This document shows, one piece after another, positions 1 through 8,348 of a DNA stretch of 34,591 nucleotides; the stretch's first letter is position 1, and each line of letters opens with the position of its first letter. The notes beneath the pieces are model-generated. The model was not told where the DNA came from, ran no database searches, and was given only the letters and a program-made list of their open reading frames with translations. Location of the stretch: contig DATLDS010000216.1 of NCBI GenBank assembly GCA_035525735.1, forward strand, positions 1 to 34,591. The letters run 5' to 3'. Origin of the DNA: Novosphingobium sp. Lineage in GTDB: Bacteria; Pseudomonadota; Alphaproteobacteria; Sphingomonadales; Sphingomonadaceae. The position numbers were made by a program, and so were the translations under genes.

Positions 1-609
1 GCACTTGTCGTTGGTTTCCTTGCCCCCGCCGCCGAGCAGGGTTGCCGCGAGGAATCCCCCCACCACCAGCACCACGAACCCGGCCGTCACCAGGCCGAGG
101 TACTTGTCGATGAACGCCTTGATCGGTGCTCCGAACAGGCGGAACAGCACGCCGACGATGAGGAAGCTGATCGACCGGCTGACCAGGCTGGCGAGGATGA
201 ACGTGACCAGCGGCATGTGAATGAACCCGGCCGTCAGCGTCAGCAGCTTGAACGGGATCGGGGTGGCGCCCTTGATCATGATGATCTCGGGCCCGTACTC
301 GCGCAGGTAGCACGCCGCCTTGGGGAAGCTTTCGGTCAGGCCCAGCGCGGCGATCAGCGCGGTGCCGAAGCTCTCGTAGGCGAAGTAGCCGATCGCGTAG
401 CCGAGCAGCCCGCCGAGCACCGAGGCGGCGGTCGCCACCGCGGCGAAGCGCAGCGCCTTGTTCGGCTCGGCCAGGCACATCAGCCCGAGCAGCGGGTGCG
501 GCGGGATCGGAAAGAAGCTCGCCTCGACGAACGCGAACAGCGCCAGCCACCACTGGGCATGCGGGTGCGCGGCCTTGGCCAGCGTCCAGTCGTAGAGTCG
601 GCGAAGCAT
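1..609 (-). CDS. YqaA family (DedA/VTT-domain) membrane protein, 3' end runs off the window
   Basis: Not in the ORF track because there is no stop in the window. Manual translation from ATG at 609: MLRRLYDWTLAKAAHPHAQWWLALFAFVEASFFPIPPHPLLGLM...GATPIPFKLLTLTAG...SRSISF; the EASFFPIPP and TPIPFK motifs are typical of YqaA. Confidence 0.88.
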   Translation of the reverse strand, partial: MLRRLYDWTLAKAAHPHAQWWLALFAFVEASFFPIPPHPLLGLMCLAEPNKALRFAAVATAASVLGGLLGYAIGYFAYESFGTALIAALGLTESFPKAACYLREYGPEIIMIKGATPIPFKLLTLTAGFIHMPLVTFILASLVSRSISFLIVGVLFRLFGAPIKAFIDKYLGLVTAGFVVLVVGGFLAATLLGGGGKETNDKC

Positions 610-666
610 GGCGCGGCATAGGCGAGGCGGAGGCGAAGCGCCAGAAACCGATTTGGTTCTTTTAGC

Positions 667-703
667 TTGACATCGTCACGCTGTTCTGGCACATACAGGG
701 AAC
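667..703 (+). promoter_or_regulatory. Putative sigma70 promoter (TTGACA at 667-672) with an overlapping LexA-like box GCAC-N7-GAAC (689-703)
   Basis: Perfect -35 hexamer in an AT-richer intergenic patch upstream of the 795 ORF; one mismatch to the alphaproteobacterial SOS box GAAC-N7-GAAC. Confidence 0.45.
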
Positions 704-794
704 ATCGCGATGGACCGATTCGCACCGGCGGGGCCGCAGGGCACCGCCGTTTTCGTGTCCGCGCCCGATGCGTCGGATACGGGATCATCCACCT

Positions 795-1748
795 ATGAGC
801 CAGACCAAGCGCGGCACGACCCCCGTCTGGGTCGCGCCGTTCCTGCAATCGCTGCGCGACGGGATCGGGGTGCACGCCGCCAGCGAGGCCGTCGGAGTCA
901 GCTCCTCGACGATCTACCGCCGGCGCGACCTCGATCCCGCCTTCAAGGCCGCGTGGGACGCGATCCGCAACGTCGCCGCGCGCGCCACCCCCACCGGTCG
1001 CGGCTCGCCCCGCGACAAGCGGCGGATCGACCGTTTCCTCGCCGAACTCGCCGAAACGTCCAACGTCGCCGCCGCCGCCGCCGTGGCCGAACTGGCGGTA
1101 AGCAATGTCTATCGTCTGCGCCGCACCGACCCGGCCTTCGCCAAGCGGTGGTACGCCGCGCTGTCTGAGGGGTACGACAACCTCGAGATGGAGCTGCTGC
1201 AATACTTGCGCGGCCAGGATGCCGGTGCGGGCGACCCGCCCGTCGACGGGGCCAAGCGCAAGTTCGACGTCGCCGCCGCGCTGCGCTGCCTGACCGCGCA
1301 CCGCGAAAGTGTCGCGCTCGATCCCGCGCCGGTGGGTGACGCGGCTCACGCCCGGATCGCCGCGCTCGGCCTCGCCGACCCGGATGCCGTGCTCGCCCCG
1401 ATCGCGCTTCCCGGCGCGACCCGGCGTCCGCTGTCGCCGGTTCACGGCAAGCTCGAGCTCGGGCCGGACGGATCGATTACGCTGTCGTGGAGCCGCCGCG
1501 CGCGCGGCGCGTGGCTGTGGCGCGACGCGGTCGAAGTTCCGCTCGGCGAGCAAACCGAGGCGTACCTCGTCACGCTGGGCGATTCCGCCGCGCCGATCGC
1601 GCAATGGCAAGTCGCCGAAGCGCGGCTGACGATCGACGCCGCGACGGTCGCGTCGCTGCGCACGCAAGCGCCCCATGCGCCGCTCGAAGTCCGCCAGCGC
1701 GGCGATCACGATGTGTCCGAAGCGCTTCCGCTCGGCCCAATGCCCTGA
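795..1748 (+). CDS. Chimeric GTA remnant: small-terminase-like N-terminus fused in frame to the C-terminus of the GTA tail (megatron/host-specificity) protein
   Basis: aa1-174 hold two HTH-like repeats (FLAELAETSNVAAAA...VYRLRRTDPAFAKRWYAALSEGYDNLEMELL...FDVAAALRCLTAHRESVA). aa175-317 hold RPLSPVH...ITLSWSRRARGAWLWRDAVEVPLGEQTEAYLV...EVRQRG, typical of the GTA tail protein C-terminus. A DUF2793 gene follows. Confidence 0.75.
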   Translation: MSQTKRGTTPVWVAPFLQSLRDGIGVHAASEAVGVSSSTIYRRRDLDPAFKAAWDAIRNVAARATPTGRGSPRDKRRIDRFLAELAETSNVAAAAAVAELAVSNVYRLRRTDPAFAKRWYAALSEGYDNLEMELLQYLRGQDAGAGDPPVDGAKRKFDVAAALRCLTAHRESVALDPAPVGDAAHARIAALGLADPDAVLAPIALPGATRRPLSPVHGKLELGPDGSITLSWSRRARGAWLWRDAVEVPLGEQTEAYLVTLGDSAAPIAQWQVAEARLTIDAATVASLRTQAPHAPLEVRQRGDHDVSEALPLGPMP

Positions 1749-1770
1749 CCCCCGAAACCCGGAGACAGCC

Positions 1771-2229
1771 ATGAGCGACCCCATCGAGTTCGAAGGCGCC
1801 ACCCCGCGTTTTTCCCTGCCGCTGCTGTTCGCCGGCCAGGCGCAGAAGGAATTCTTCGTCAACGAGGCGCTGTTGCGTGCCGATCTGGTGTTGCACGGCG
1901 CGATCGAGGGTGAGACTCAAACGCCACCGTCGGCCCCGGCGATCGGCCAGGCGTGGCTCGTCGGACCTGCCCCGACGGGCGTTTTCGCCGGCCGTCCCGG
2001 CGTGATCGCCGGGTGGACGGGGGATGGTTGGCGCTTCGTCGAGCCGCGCGACGGCCTGCGCGTGTTCGATCGCGGGGCGCAAGCGTTTCGCCTTTATTCG
2101 GGCGGGTGGCGTTTCGCCGCCACACCCGCCGCGCCGAGCGGCGGAGCGACGGTCGACGCGGAGGCGCGCGCGACGATCGTTAGCATCCTGGAAAGACTCG
2201 CAGACGCAGGGGTGTTTGCGGCGAGTTGA
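1771..2229 (+). CDS. DUF2793 domain-containing protein (GTA tail-fibre-like)
   Basis: TPRFSLPLLFAGQAQKEFFVNEAL...PP..P..GQAWLVG..PTG.FAG...IAGW...GWRFVEP..G motif; GGAG RBS at 1761. Confidence 0.88.
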   Translation: MSDPIEFEGATPRFSLPLLFAGQAQKEFFVNEALLRADLVLHGAIEGETQTPPSAPAIGQAWLVGPAPTGVFAGRPGVIAGWTGDGWRFVEPRDGLRVFDRGAQAFRLYSGGWRFAATPAAPSGGATVDAEARATIVSILERLADAGVFAAS

Positions 2230-2423
2230 CGGGAACTTTCATCGCATCGGGGCATTTCGGCGAAACATGAGGGCCTCTTTGCATGCTGCGCATCGGATCA
2301 GCCGCGGATTTCGTGGCTTTGATGCAACAGTTGGCGAATTTTGCCCGCTTGCGCCGTTTTGACTTCAAAGATAGACCAACCGCCACATTGGTGGCATTTC
2401 GATTTGTAAAAGGGGAAACGAAA

Positions 2424-3548
2424 ATGCGGAAACTAGTCATTGGCATGGCCATGGCATCGACGGCGCTGGCTTCGCCCGCGCTCGCTCGCGACGACTCGTG
2501 GTATGTCGAGATCGACGGCGGCGTGATGATCCTCGAGGACACCAACTTCGACGTCGGGATCAACAACAACGCGGTCAGCGTCGATCACGACACGGGCTAC
2601 GACTTCGGCGGGATCGTCGGCTATGACTTCGGCGGCTTCCGCCTCGAAGCCGAGGCCAGCTTTCGCGAAGCGGATCCCGACACGCTGACGGTCAACACGG
2701 GCACGATCCCAGCGGATGGTGCCACGTTGGCTGGCTCGCGCGGAACCGGGCAGTACGACGTGGCGGGGGATAGCAACGCGCTCGCCTTCATGGTCAACGC
2801 CATGCTCGATTTCGGCGACGATGATGGCCTGCAGGGCTTCGTCGGCGGCGGCGTCGGCGTGGCCCGCGTGGATACCGATCTGTCGATCGACGCGAGCGGC
2901 CCCGGCTTCCTCGACGATTCGGACACGGGCTTCGCTTGGCAGGCGATCGCCGGCGTTCGCGCGCCGATCAGCGATCACTGGGACGCGGGGGTCAAGTACC
3001 GCTTCTTCAACGCCGACAGCGTCCACCTGATCGACAGCGCCGGGCGCAACGCCGACGGGCGCTTCCGTTCGCACAGCCTGCTCGGCACGCTGACCTACAA
3101 CTTCGGCGGCGTCGAGCCGATGCCCGAGCCGATCCCGGCTCCCCCGCCGCCGCCCCCGCCGCCGCCGCCGCCGCCGCCGGTGGCCGTGGTCCCGGTCTGC
3201 AACAAGGGCCCGTACATCGTGTTCTTCGACTGGGATAAGTCGAACATCACGCCCGAAGCGGCGACGATCCTCGACAACGCGGTCGCGGCGTACGGCAATT
3301 GCGCACGGGTGCCGATCATGCTCGCCGGTCACACCGACCGTTCGGGTTCGGTGCAGTACAACATCGGCCTGGCCGAGCGCCGCAACGCCTCGGTTCGCGG
3401 GTACCTCACCTCGCACGGCATCTCGGATGCGTCGATCACCGCGCAGGCCTTCGGCGAAAGCCAGCCCCGCGTGCCGACCGCCGACGGCGTCCGCGAGCTG
3501 CAGAACCGCCGCGTCGAGATCACTTACGGTCCGGGTTCGGGCTTCTAA
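2424..3548 (+). CDS. OmpA family outer-membrane protein (beta-barrel + Pro linker + peptidoglycan-binding domain)
   Basis: Signal peptide MRKLVIGMAMASTALASPALA; barrel ending LTYNFG; VFFDWDKS...GHTDRSGS..YN..LAERR...NRRVEI; AGGGG RBS. Confidence 0.95.
   Translation: MRKLVIGMAMASTALASPALARDDSWYVEIDGGVMILEDTNFDVGINNNAVSVDHDTGYDFGGIVGYDFGGFRLEAEASFREADPDTLTVNTGTIPADGATLAGSRGTGQYDVAGDSNALAFMVNAMLDFGDDDGLQGFVGGGVGVARVDTDLSIDASGPGFLDDSDTGFAWQAIAGVRAPISDHWDAGVKYRFFNADSVHLIDSAGRNADGRFRSHSLLGTLTYNFGGVEPMPEPIPAPPPPPPPPPPPPPVAVVPVCNKGPYIVFFDWDKSNITPEAATILDNAVAAYGNCARVPIMLAGHTDRSGSVQYNIGLAERRNASVRGYLTSHGISDASITAQAFGESQPRVPTADGVRELQNRRVEITYGPGSGF
3141..3179 (+). repeat. (CCG/CCC)13 poly-proline linker within the ompA-like gene
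   Basis: 13 consecutive Pro codons read directly from the sequence. Confidence 0.9.
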
Positions 3549-3573
3549 GCTTCTCGATCACGCGAAACGAATG

Positions 3574-3602
3574 GGGGGCCGGAGCAATCCGGCCCCCTTT
3601 TT
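3574..3602 (+). terminator. Rho-independent terminator of the ompA-like gene
   Basis: GGGGGCCGGA-GCAA-TCCGGCCCCC followed by TTTTT. Confidence 0.9.
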
Positions 3603-3662
3603 CGTGGGCGTTGAGGGCGGAGCGCGTCGCTCGCGGGCGCGACCGGCGCTTTCAGGTGGGGG

Positions 3663-5231
3663 TCAGATGACCTCGCCCGCGGCGCGGGCGCGCGCCTCGC
3701 GGCTCGCTTCCGAGGCGGGCAGCAACCGGAACGCCACGAACCCCGCCGCCAGCGCGATCGGGGTCACCGCAAGCAGCGAGAGCAGCCCGGTGGTGAGGCT
3801 GCCGCTGAGCGTCGAAATGCGACCCGCGAGATAGGGCCCGAGCGCGAGCCCGGTCAGCGTGGTGCCGATGAAGAACGTGCCGGTGGCGGTCCCGCGCATC
3901 CGCGGCAGCACCAGGTCCTGGGTCGAGGCCGCGGCCGCGCCGAGCGCGCTCGCCGCGGTCAGCTGGCAGACGAACAGCATCGCATAGAACACGCTGGTCT
4001 CGAACGTCGTGAAAGCCACGATCAGCGGCGCGATCGGCGCGAGCGATCCGAACAGGACCATGACGATCCGCCCGGCCGGATGGCGCCGGCGCAAGCGATC
4101 GGCCGCGAGCCCGCCGAGCGTCACCCCGAGAAATCCCGCGAGCGCGCCGAGGCTGCCGAGAACCGTGCCCGCGGTCGCGGGCGAAATGCCCAGATCGCGC
4201 ATCGCGTAAGGCGCGGCCCAGAAGCCGACGGCGTAAGCGATGAACGAATTGAGCCCGTAGGCGATGACGATCGCGACGAACGCCGGGGTTCCGGCGATCA
4301 GGGCGAACGTCGGCCGGTCGCGCAACCGCAAGTCGCTCATCCACGAAAACACCGCGTAGACGCCGATCCCGACCGCGGCCCATTGCGGGATCGGCTCTCC
4401 CAGCGCGACGAGGCCCCAGACCGCCAGCGCGATCAGCGCCGCGGCGCCGAGGTTGACCGCCAGTTCGCGGGGCCCGCGCAGCACCGCGCCGATCAGCGTC
4501 AGCGGCGGGATGATCGCGACGAGATCCTGGCCGAAGGCGCGGAACGGCGCCGGATGCGGCGGCGTTGCCAGGCCCTCGGACTGGCCGCGCACCGGCTCGC
4601 GCAAGCTCGCCACCCATAACGCCATCACCAGCCCGGGCAGCCCGACCGCGAGGAACGCCGCCTGCCATCCGGCGAGTTCCAGCGGGCCGCCGTCGGGATA
4701 AGCCGCGTTCCAGCGCTGGACGACCAGCCCGCCGATCCCCAGCGACAGCCCGCCGCCGAGGTAAAGCCCGGCCGAATATATCGCCAGCGCGGTCGCGCGG
4801 CGGTGCTTGGGAAACCAGTCCGAGATCAGCGAATAGGCCGACGGACTGGCGGTCGCTTCGCCCACGCCGACCCCGACGCGCGCCGCGGCCAGCATCCCGC
4901 CGGTCCTCGACAGCCCCGAAAGCGCGGTCATCGTCGACCACAGCGTAAGCCCCGCGGTGATCAGCCTAACGCGGTGCCAGTTGTCGGCGAGCCGCCCGAG
5001 CGGAATTCCGAACAGCGCGTAGAACACCCCGAACGCGGTGCCGTAGAGGAACCCGAGGTCCTCGTCGCGCAGCCCGAGGTCGCGCTTGATGTCCTCGGCG
5101 AGGATCGAGAGGATCTGGCGGTCGACGAAATTGAGCACATAAATCAGGACGAGGACGCCCAGCACGTACCAGCTGTAGGCGGGAATCGGCGGGCTCGATC
5201 GGGCCTCGGCTTCTCGCTCGGTTTCGCTCAT
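3663..5231 (-). CDS. Spinster-family MFS transporter
   Basis: YVLNFVDRQILSIL..IKRDLGL.DEDLG.LYG..F..FY..FGIPLGRLAD; ARVGVGVGEA..SPSAYSLISD.FP; many TM segments. Confidence 0.9.
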   Translation of the reverse strand: MSETEREAEARSSPPIPAYSWYVLGVLVLIYVLNFVDRQILSILAEDIKRDLGLRDEDLGFLYGTAFGVFYALFGIPLGRLADNWHRVRLITAGLTLWSTMTALSGLSRTGGMLAAARVGVGVGEATASPSAYSLISDWFPKHRRATALAIYSAGLYLGGGLSLGIGGLVVQRWNAAYPDGGPLELAGWQAAFLAVGLPGLVMALWVASLREPVRGQSEGLATPPHPAPFRAFGQDLVAIIPPLTLIGAVLRGPRELAVNLGAAALIALAVWGLVALGEPIPQWAAVGIGVYAVFSWMSDLRLRDRPTFALIAGTPAFVAIVIAYGLNSFIAYAVGFWAAPYAMRDLGISPATAGTVLGSLGALAGFLGVTLGGLAADRLRRRHPAGRIVMVLFGSLAPIAPLIVAFTTFETSVFYAMLFVCQLTAASALGAAAASTQDLVLPRMRGTATGTFFIGTTLTGLALGPYLAGRISTLSGSLTTGLLSLLAVTPIALAAGFVAFRLLPASEASREARARAAGEVI

Positions 5232-5247
5232 CGGCGCACGTTCCCTC

Positions 5248-5946
5248 TCAAGCGGCGTATCGCGTGGCGTCGGCGACGCCCGCCTCGGCAATTCCCGCGC
5301 GGCGCAGCCGGCAGCTGTCGCACAAGCCGCAGGCGCGGCCGTCGGGCTGCGGGTCGTAGCACGACCAGCTCCACGCCGGATCGAGCCCGAGCCGCGCCGC
5401 CTCGCGAGCGATCTCGGCCTTGCGCATGTGCTGCAACGGCGCGTGGACCTGAAACGCCTCGCCCTCTTCGCCGGCGCGGGTCGCCAGTTCGGCCAGCGCC
5501 TCGAACCCGGCGATGAACTCGGGCCGGCAATCGGGATAACCCGAATAGTCGAGCGCGTTGACGCCGATGAACAAGTCGCGGCTGCCCAGCGCCTCGGCCC
5601 AGGCGAGGCACAGCGAGAGGAACACGAGGTTGCGCGCGGGGACGTACGTCACCGGAATGCCGGGCGCGACGCCGTGCTTGGGCACCGCGATGTCGGCGGT
5701 CAGCGCCGAGCCGCCGAACGCGCGCAAATCGAGCGGGAGCACCACGTGGCGCGCCGCGCCCAGCCGTTCGGCGATCGCGCGCGCGGCGTCGATCTCGATG
5801 CGATGGCGCTGGTCGTAATCGATCGTCAGCGCGTTGAGGCGAAATCCCCGCTCGCGCGCGAGGCCGCCCACCACCATCGAGTCGAGCCCGCCCGAGAGCA
5901 GCACGATCGCATCGCGAGGATCGGCGGACGGGCGGGACGCGACCAT
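5248..5946 (-). CDS. queC: 7-cyano-7-deazaguanine synthase
   Basis: VLLSGGLDS, TYVPARNLVFL, DYSGYPDCRPEF, WSCY...CGLCDSCRLR. Confidence 0.97.
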   Translation of the reverse strand: MVASRPSADPRDAIVLLSGGLDSMVVGGLARERGFRLNALTIDYDQRHRIEIDAARAIAERLGAARHVVLPLDLRAFGGSALTADIAVPKHGVAPGIPVTYVPARNLVFLSLCLAWAEALGSRDLFIGVNALDYSGYPDCRPEFIAGFEALAELATRAGEEGEAFQVHAPLQHMRKAEIAREAARLGLDPAWSWSCYDPQPDGRACGLCDSCRLRRAGIAEAGVADATRYAA

Positions 5947-5994
5947 GGACGCAAGGGCTAAGCCGCCCCGCGGGGCATGGCAACGGCTAAGGCT

Positions 5995-6402
5995 TTACGA
6001 GGTCGAGCAGGTTCCGATGCGGCGCGCCTCGGCGACGATGTCGAACGGCAGCTTGCCCGCGACGCCCGAACTCTCGAGCTGGACCAGCCGCGGCGATTCG
6101 ACGCGCAGCCGGGTCCGGCCGGCGCCTTGCCCGGTGCAAGTGTAATGCACGGTGGCCACGGTGGCTTCGTCTTCGACCACGAACTGGCGGCAGGTCGCCT
6201 GCGGATGGCGGAGCTGGATCAGGCGGCGGACATCGGACGCGCAGATCCGTTCGCTACGCCCCTCGCCACGCATCCTCAGCTCCCACAAGCCCGGCTCGAG
6301 CTTGTCGAGCACCGCGAGATGGACGCCCTGCGCCAGCGCGGCGCCGCCCGCGAGGCAAGCCAACGCGGCGCTCAAGCGGAGAAGGGGACGCAAACGGGTC
6401 AT
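5995..6402 (-). CDS. Secreted hypothetical protein (DUF3617-like)
   Basis: Signal peptide; LEPGLWELR, four Cys, ending ARRIGTC; start choice uncertain (6402 or 6432). Confidence 0.7.
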   Translation of the reverse strand: MTRLRPLLRLSAALACLAGGAALAQGVHLAVLDKLEPGLWELRMRGEGRSERICASDVRRLIQLRHPQATCRQFVVEDEATVATVHYTCTGQGAGRTRLRVESPRLVQLESSGVAGKLPFDIVAEARRIGTCSTS

Positions 6403-6502
6403 CACGGCGGCTATCGATCGATTCTCACGCAAATGGTGTGCGAGCCGTCATATCAGCGGGGTCGTATAGATGAGGCGTTCTTTACGAGCGATGAACCGAG
6501 CG

Positions 6503-7411
6503 TCAGCCGAGTTCGATCGCGAACGCCTTCGAACAGAACGCGCAATCGACGGTGATCTGGCCGTCGTTGCCGCGCATCGCCTCGCGCTCGTCGGCGGGAA
6601 ACCGGGCGATGACCTCGCGGTAATGCTCGACGCTACAGCGGCAACCGCGCGTCAGCGGGGCGCCGCGCGCGACGCGGACCTCGCGCTCCTCGTGGAACAG
6701 CCGCCAGACGATCGTCTCGAGCCCGAGCGCCGGATCGACCAGTTCGTCGTGGCTGACGCTGCCCGCGAGCGCGGCGACATGCTCCCATTCGGGATGATCG
6801 AGCCGCACGTGAAGCCGTTCGCGCCCCTCCTCACCCTCGGCGAGATGCTGGACGAGCAGGCCCCCGGCGACGCAGCCGGTGGAGCTCGAGCGTACCGCCA
6901 CCCGAATCAGCGTCGGAACCTGCTCGGACTGGCCGAAATAGCTCTCGCAGGCGCCCGCGAGCGAATCGCCTTCGAGGGGCACGATCCCCTGGTAACGCTG
7001 CCCGCTTGCCGCGAGATCGAAGGTGATCGCGAGATAGCCGCGCCCGAACAGCGCGAAAAGCGAGGGGTTGGCGCCGAGCTCGCTCAGCTTGGCGGCATCG
7101 TGGCGGACATAGCCGCGCAGCTCGCCGCCGCGATAGTCGCAGACCAGCAGCTCGACCGCGCCCGCCTCGGTCTGCGCCTGCATCGTCAACTGGCTCGCGC
7201 TGTCCTTGAGCAACGCGCCGAGCAGCGCGGTCAGCGTCAGCGCTTCGGCGAGCAGGTGCAGAATCGGCGCCGGATAGGCGTGCGCCGCGAGGATCTCGTC
7301 GAGCACCGGGCCGAGCCGCACCACGCGGCCGCGCGCGTGGCGGTCGGCCAGCGAAAAGTGCAGCGTAAGGTCGAACCCGGTCTCGCCGTCGGCCAGCAGC
7401 TGCGACGTCAT
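6503..7411 (-). CDS. hslO: Hsp33 family redox-regulated chaperone
   Basis: RYQGIVPL, YFGQSEQVPT, CRCS...CAFC zinc centre. Confidence 0.95.
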   Translation of the reverse strand: MTSQLLADGETGFDLTLHFSLADRHARGRVVRLGPVLDEILAAHAYPAPILHLLAEALTLTALLGALLKDSASQLTMQAQTEAGAVELLVCDYRGGELRGYVRHDAAKLSELGANPSLFALFGRGYLAITFDLAASGQRYQGIVPLEGDSLAGACESYFGQSEQVPTLIRVAVRSSSTGCVAGGLLVQHLAEGEEGRERLHVRLDHPEWEHVAALAGSVSHDELVDPALGLETIVWRLFHEEREVRVARGAPLTRGCRCSVEHYREVIARFPADEREAMRGNDGQITVDCAFCSKAFAIELG

Positions 7412-7421
7412 GCCCGCGCGA

Positions 7422-8348
7422 TCACAACTGGCCGAACACCCAGCGCAGCACCGATTTTTGCGCGTGGATGCGGTTCTCGGCTTCGTCCCACACCGCCGAG
7501 CGCTGCCCGTCGATGACGTCGGCGGTGACCTCCTCGCCGCGATGCGCGGGGAGGCAATGAAGGAAGATAGCGTCGCGCGCGGCCGTCGCCATCAGCGCCT
7601 GGTCGACGCGATAAGGCTGCATCGCCGCGATCCGCGCCTCGGCATCGGACTGGCCCATCGACACCCAGGTATCGGTGACCACGACTTGCGCGCCCGAGAC
7701 CGCGGCGCGCGGATCGCGGTGGAACGAGACGTCGGCGCCTGCCGCGCGCGCGCGCTCGATGAAGCCGGCGTCGCACTCGTAGCCCTCGGGGCCGGCGGCG
7801 CGCACCGCGAACTTCATCAGCCCCGCCGCCTCGACGATCGAGTTGAGCACGTTGTTGCCGTCGCCGAGCCAGGCGAGCTGGAGTCCGGGGAGCGCGGGGC
7901 CGCGCTCGACGATGGTCAGCAGGTCGGCGACGATCTGGCACGGGTGCGACAAGTCGGTGAGGCCGTTGATCACCGGCACCGAAGCGTGCGCGGCGAGCTC
8001 CTCGATCTTGGCGTGATCGTCGGTGCGAAGCATGATCGCGTCGGCCATCCGGCTGAGCACCCGCGCGGTGTCGGCGATGCTCTCGCCGCGCCCCAGTTGC
8101 GAGTTCGCGCTGTCGAGCACCACCGCGCCGCCGCCGAGCTGGCGCATCGCCACGTCGAACGAGACGCGGGTGCGGGTCGAGCTCTTCTCGAACACCATCG
8201 CCAGCACGCGCCCGGCGAGCGGCGCGTCGGCGTCGGGCTTGCCTTTGGGCCAGCCGGTGCGTGCCTGCTTGCGCGCCAGCGCGTCGCCCAGCATCGCCGC
8301 GATCGCGTCGCCGCCCGCGTCGGACAAGCTGAGGAAATGGCGCGTCAT
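7422..8348 (-). CDS. argF: Ornithine carbamoyltransferase
   Basis: [32 protein letters not shown]; start MTRHFLSL overlaps the argD stop. Confidence 0.97.
   Translation of the reverse strand: MTRHFLSLSDAGGDAIAAMLGDALARKQARTGWPKGKPDADAPLAGRVLAMVFEKSSTRTRVSFDVAMRQLGGGAVVLDSANSQLGRGESIADTARVLSRMADAIMLRTDDHAKIEELAAHASVPVINGLTDLSHPCQIVADLLTIVERGPALPGLQLAWLGDGNNVLNSIVEAAGLMKFAVRAAGPEGYECDAGFIERARAAGADVSFHRDPRAAVSGAQVVVTDTWVSMGQSDAEARIAAMQPYRVDQALMATAARDAIFLHCLPAHRGEEVTADVIDGQRSAVWDEAENRIHAQKSVLRWVFGQL

Noticed and set aside
5..621. Plus-strand ORFs 5-220 and 217-621
   Set aside because: Antisense shadows of the YqaA gene on the minus strand, which the ORF track missed.
480..1862. 460-aa minus-strand ORF across the GTA remnant
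   Set aside because: Arg/Gly-rich antisense shadow with no motifs; the plus-strand frame has recognisable domains.
795..2229. Prophage or integrated element
   Set aside because: No integrase, att repeats, tRNA or obvious GC shift; motifs and position fit a vertically inherited GTA locus better.
3141..3179. CCG run as a phase-variation tract
   Set aside because: Triplet unit keeps the frame; it is the usual Pro linker of OmpA proteins.
5947..5994. preQ1 riboswitch upstream of queC
   Set aside because: Spacer is under 50 bp and GC-rich, with no A-rich tail or recognisable motif.
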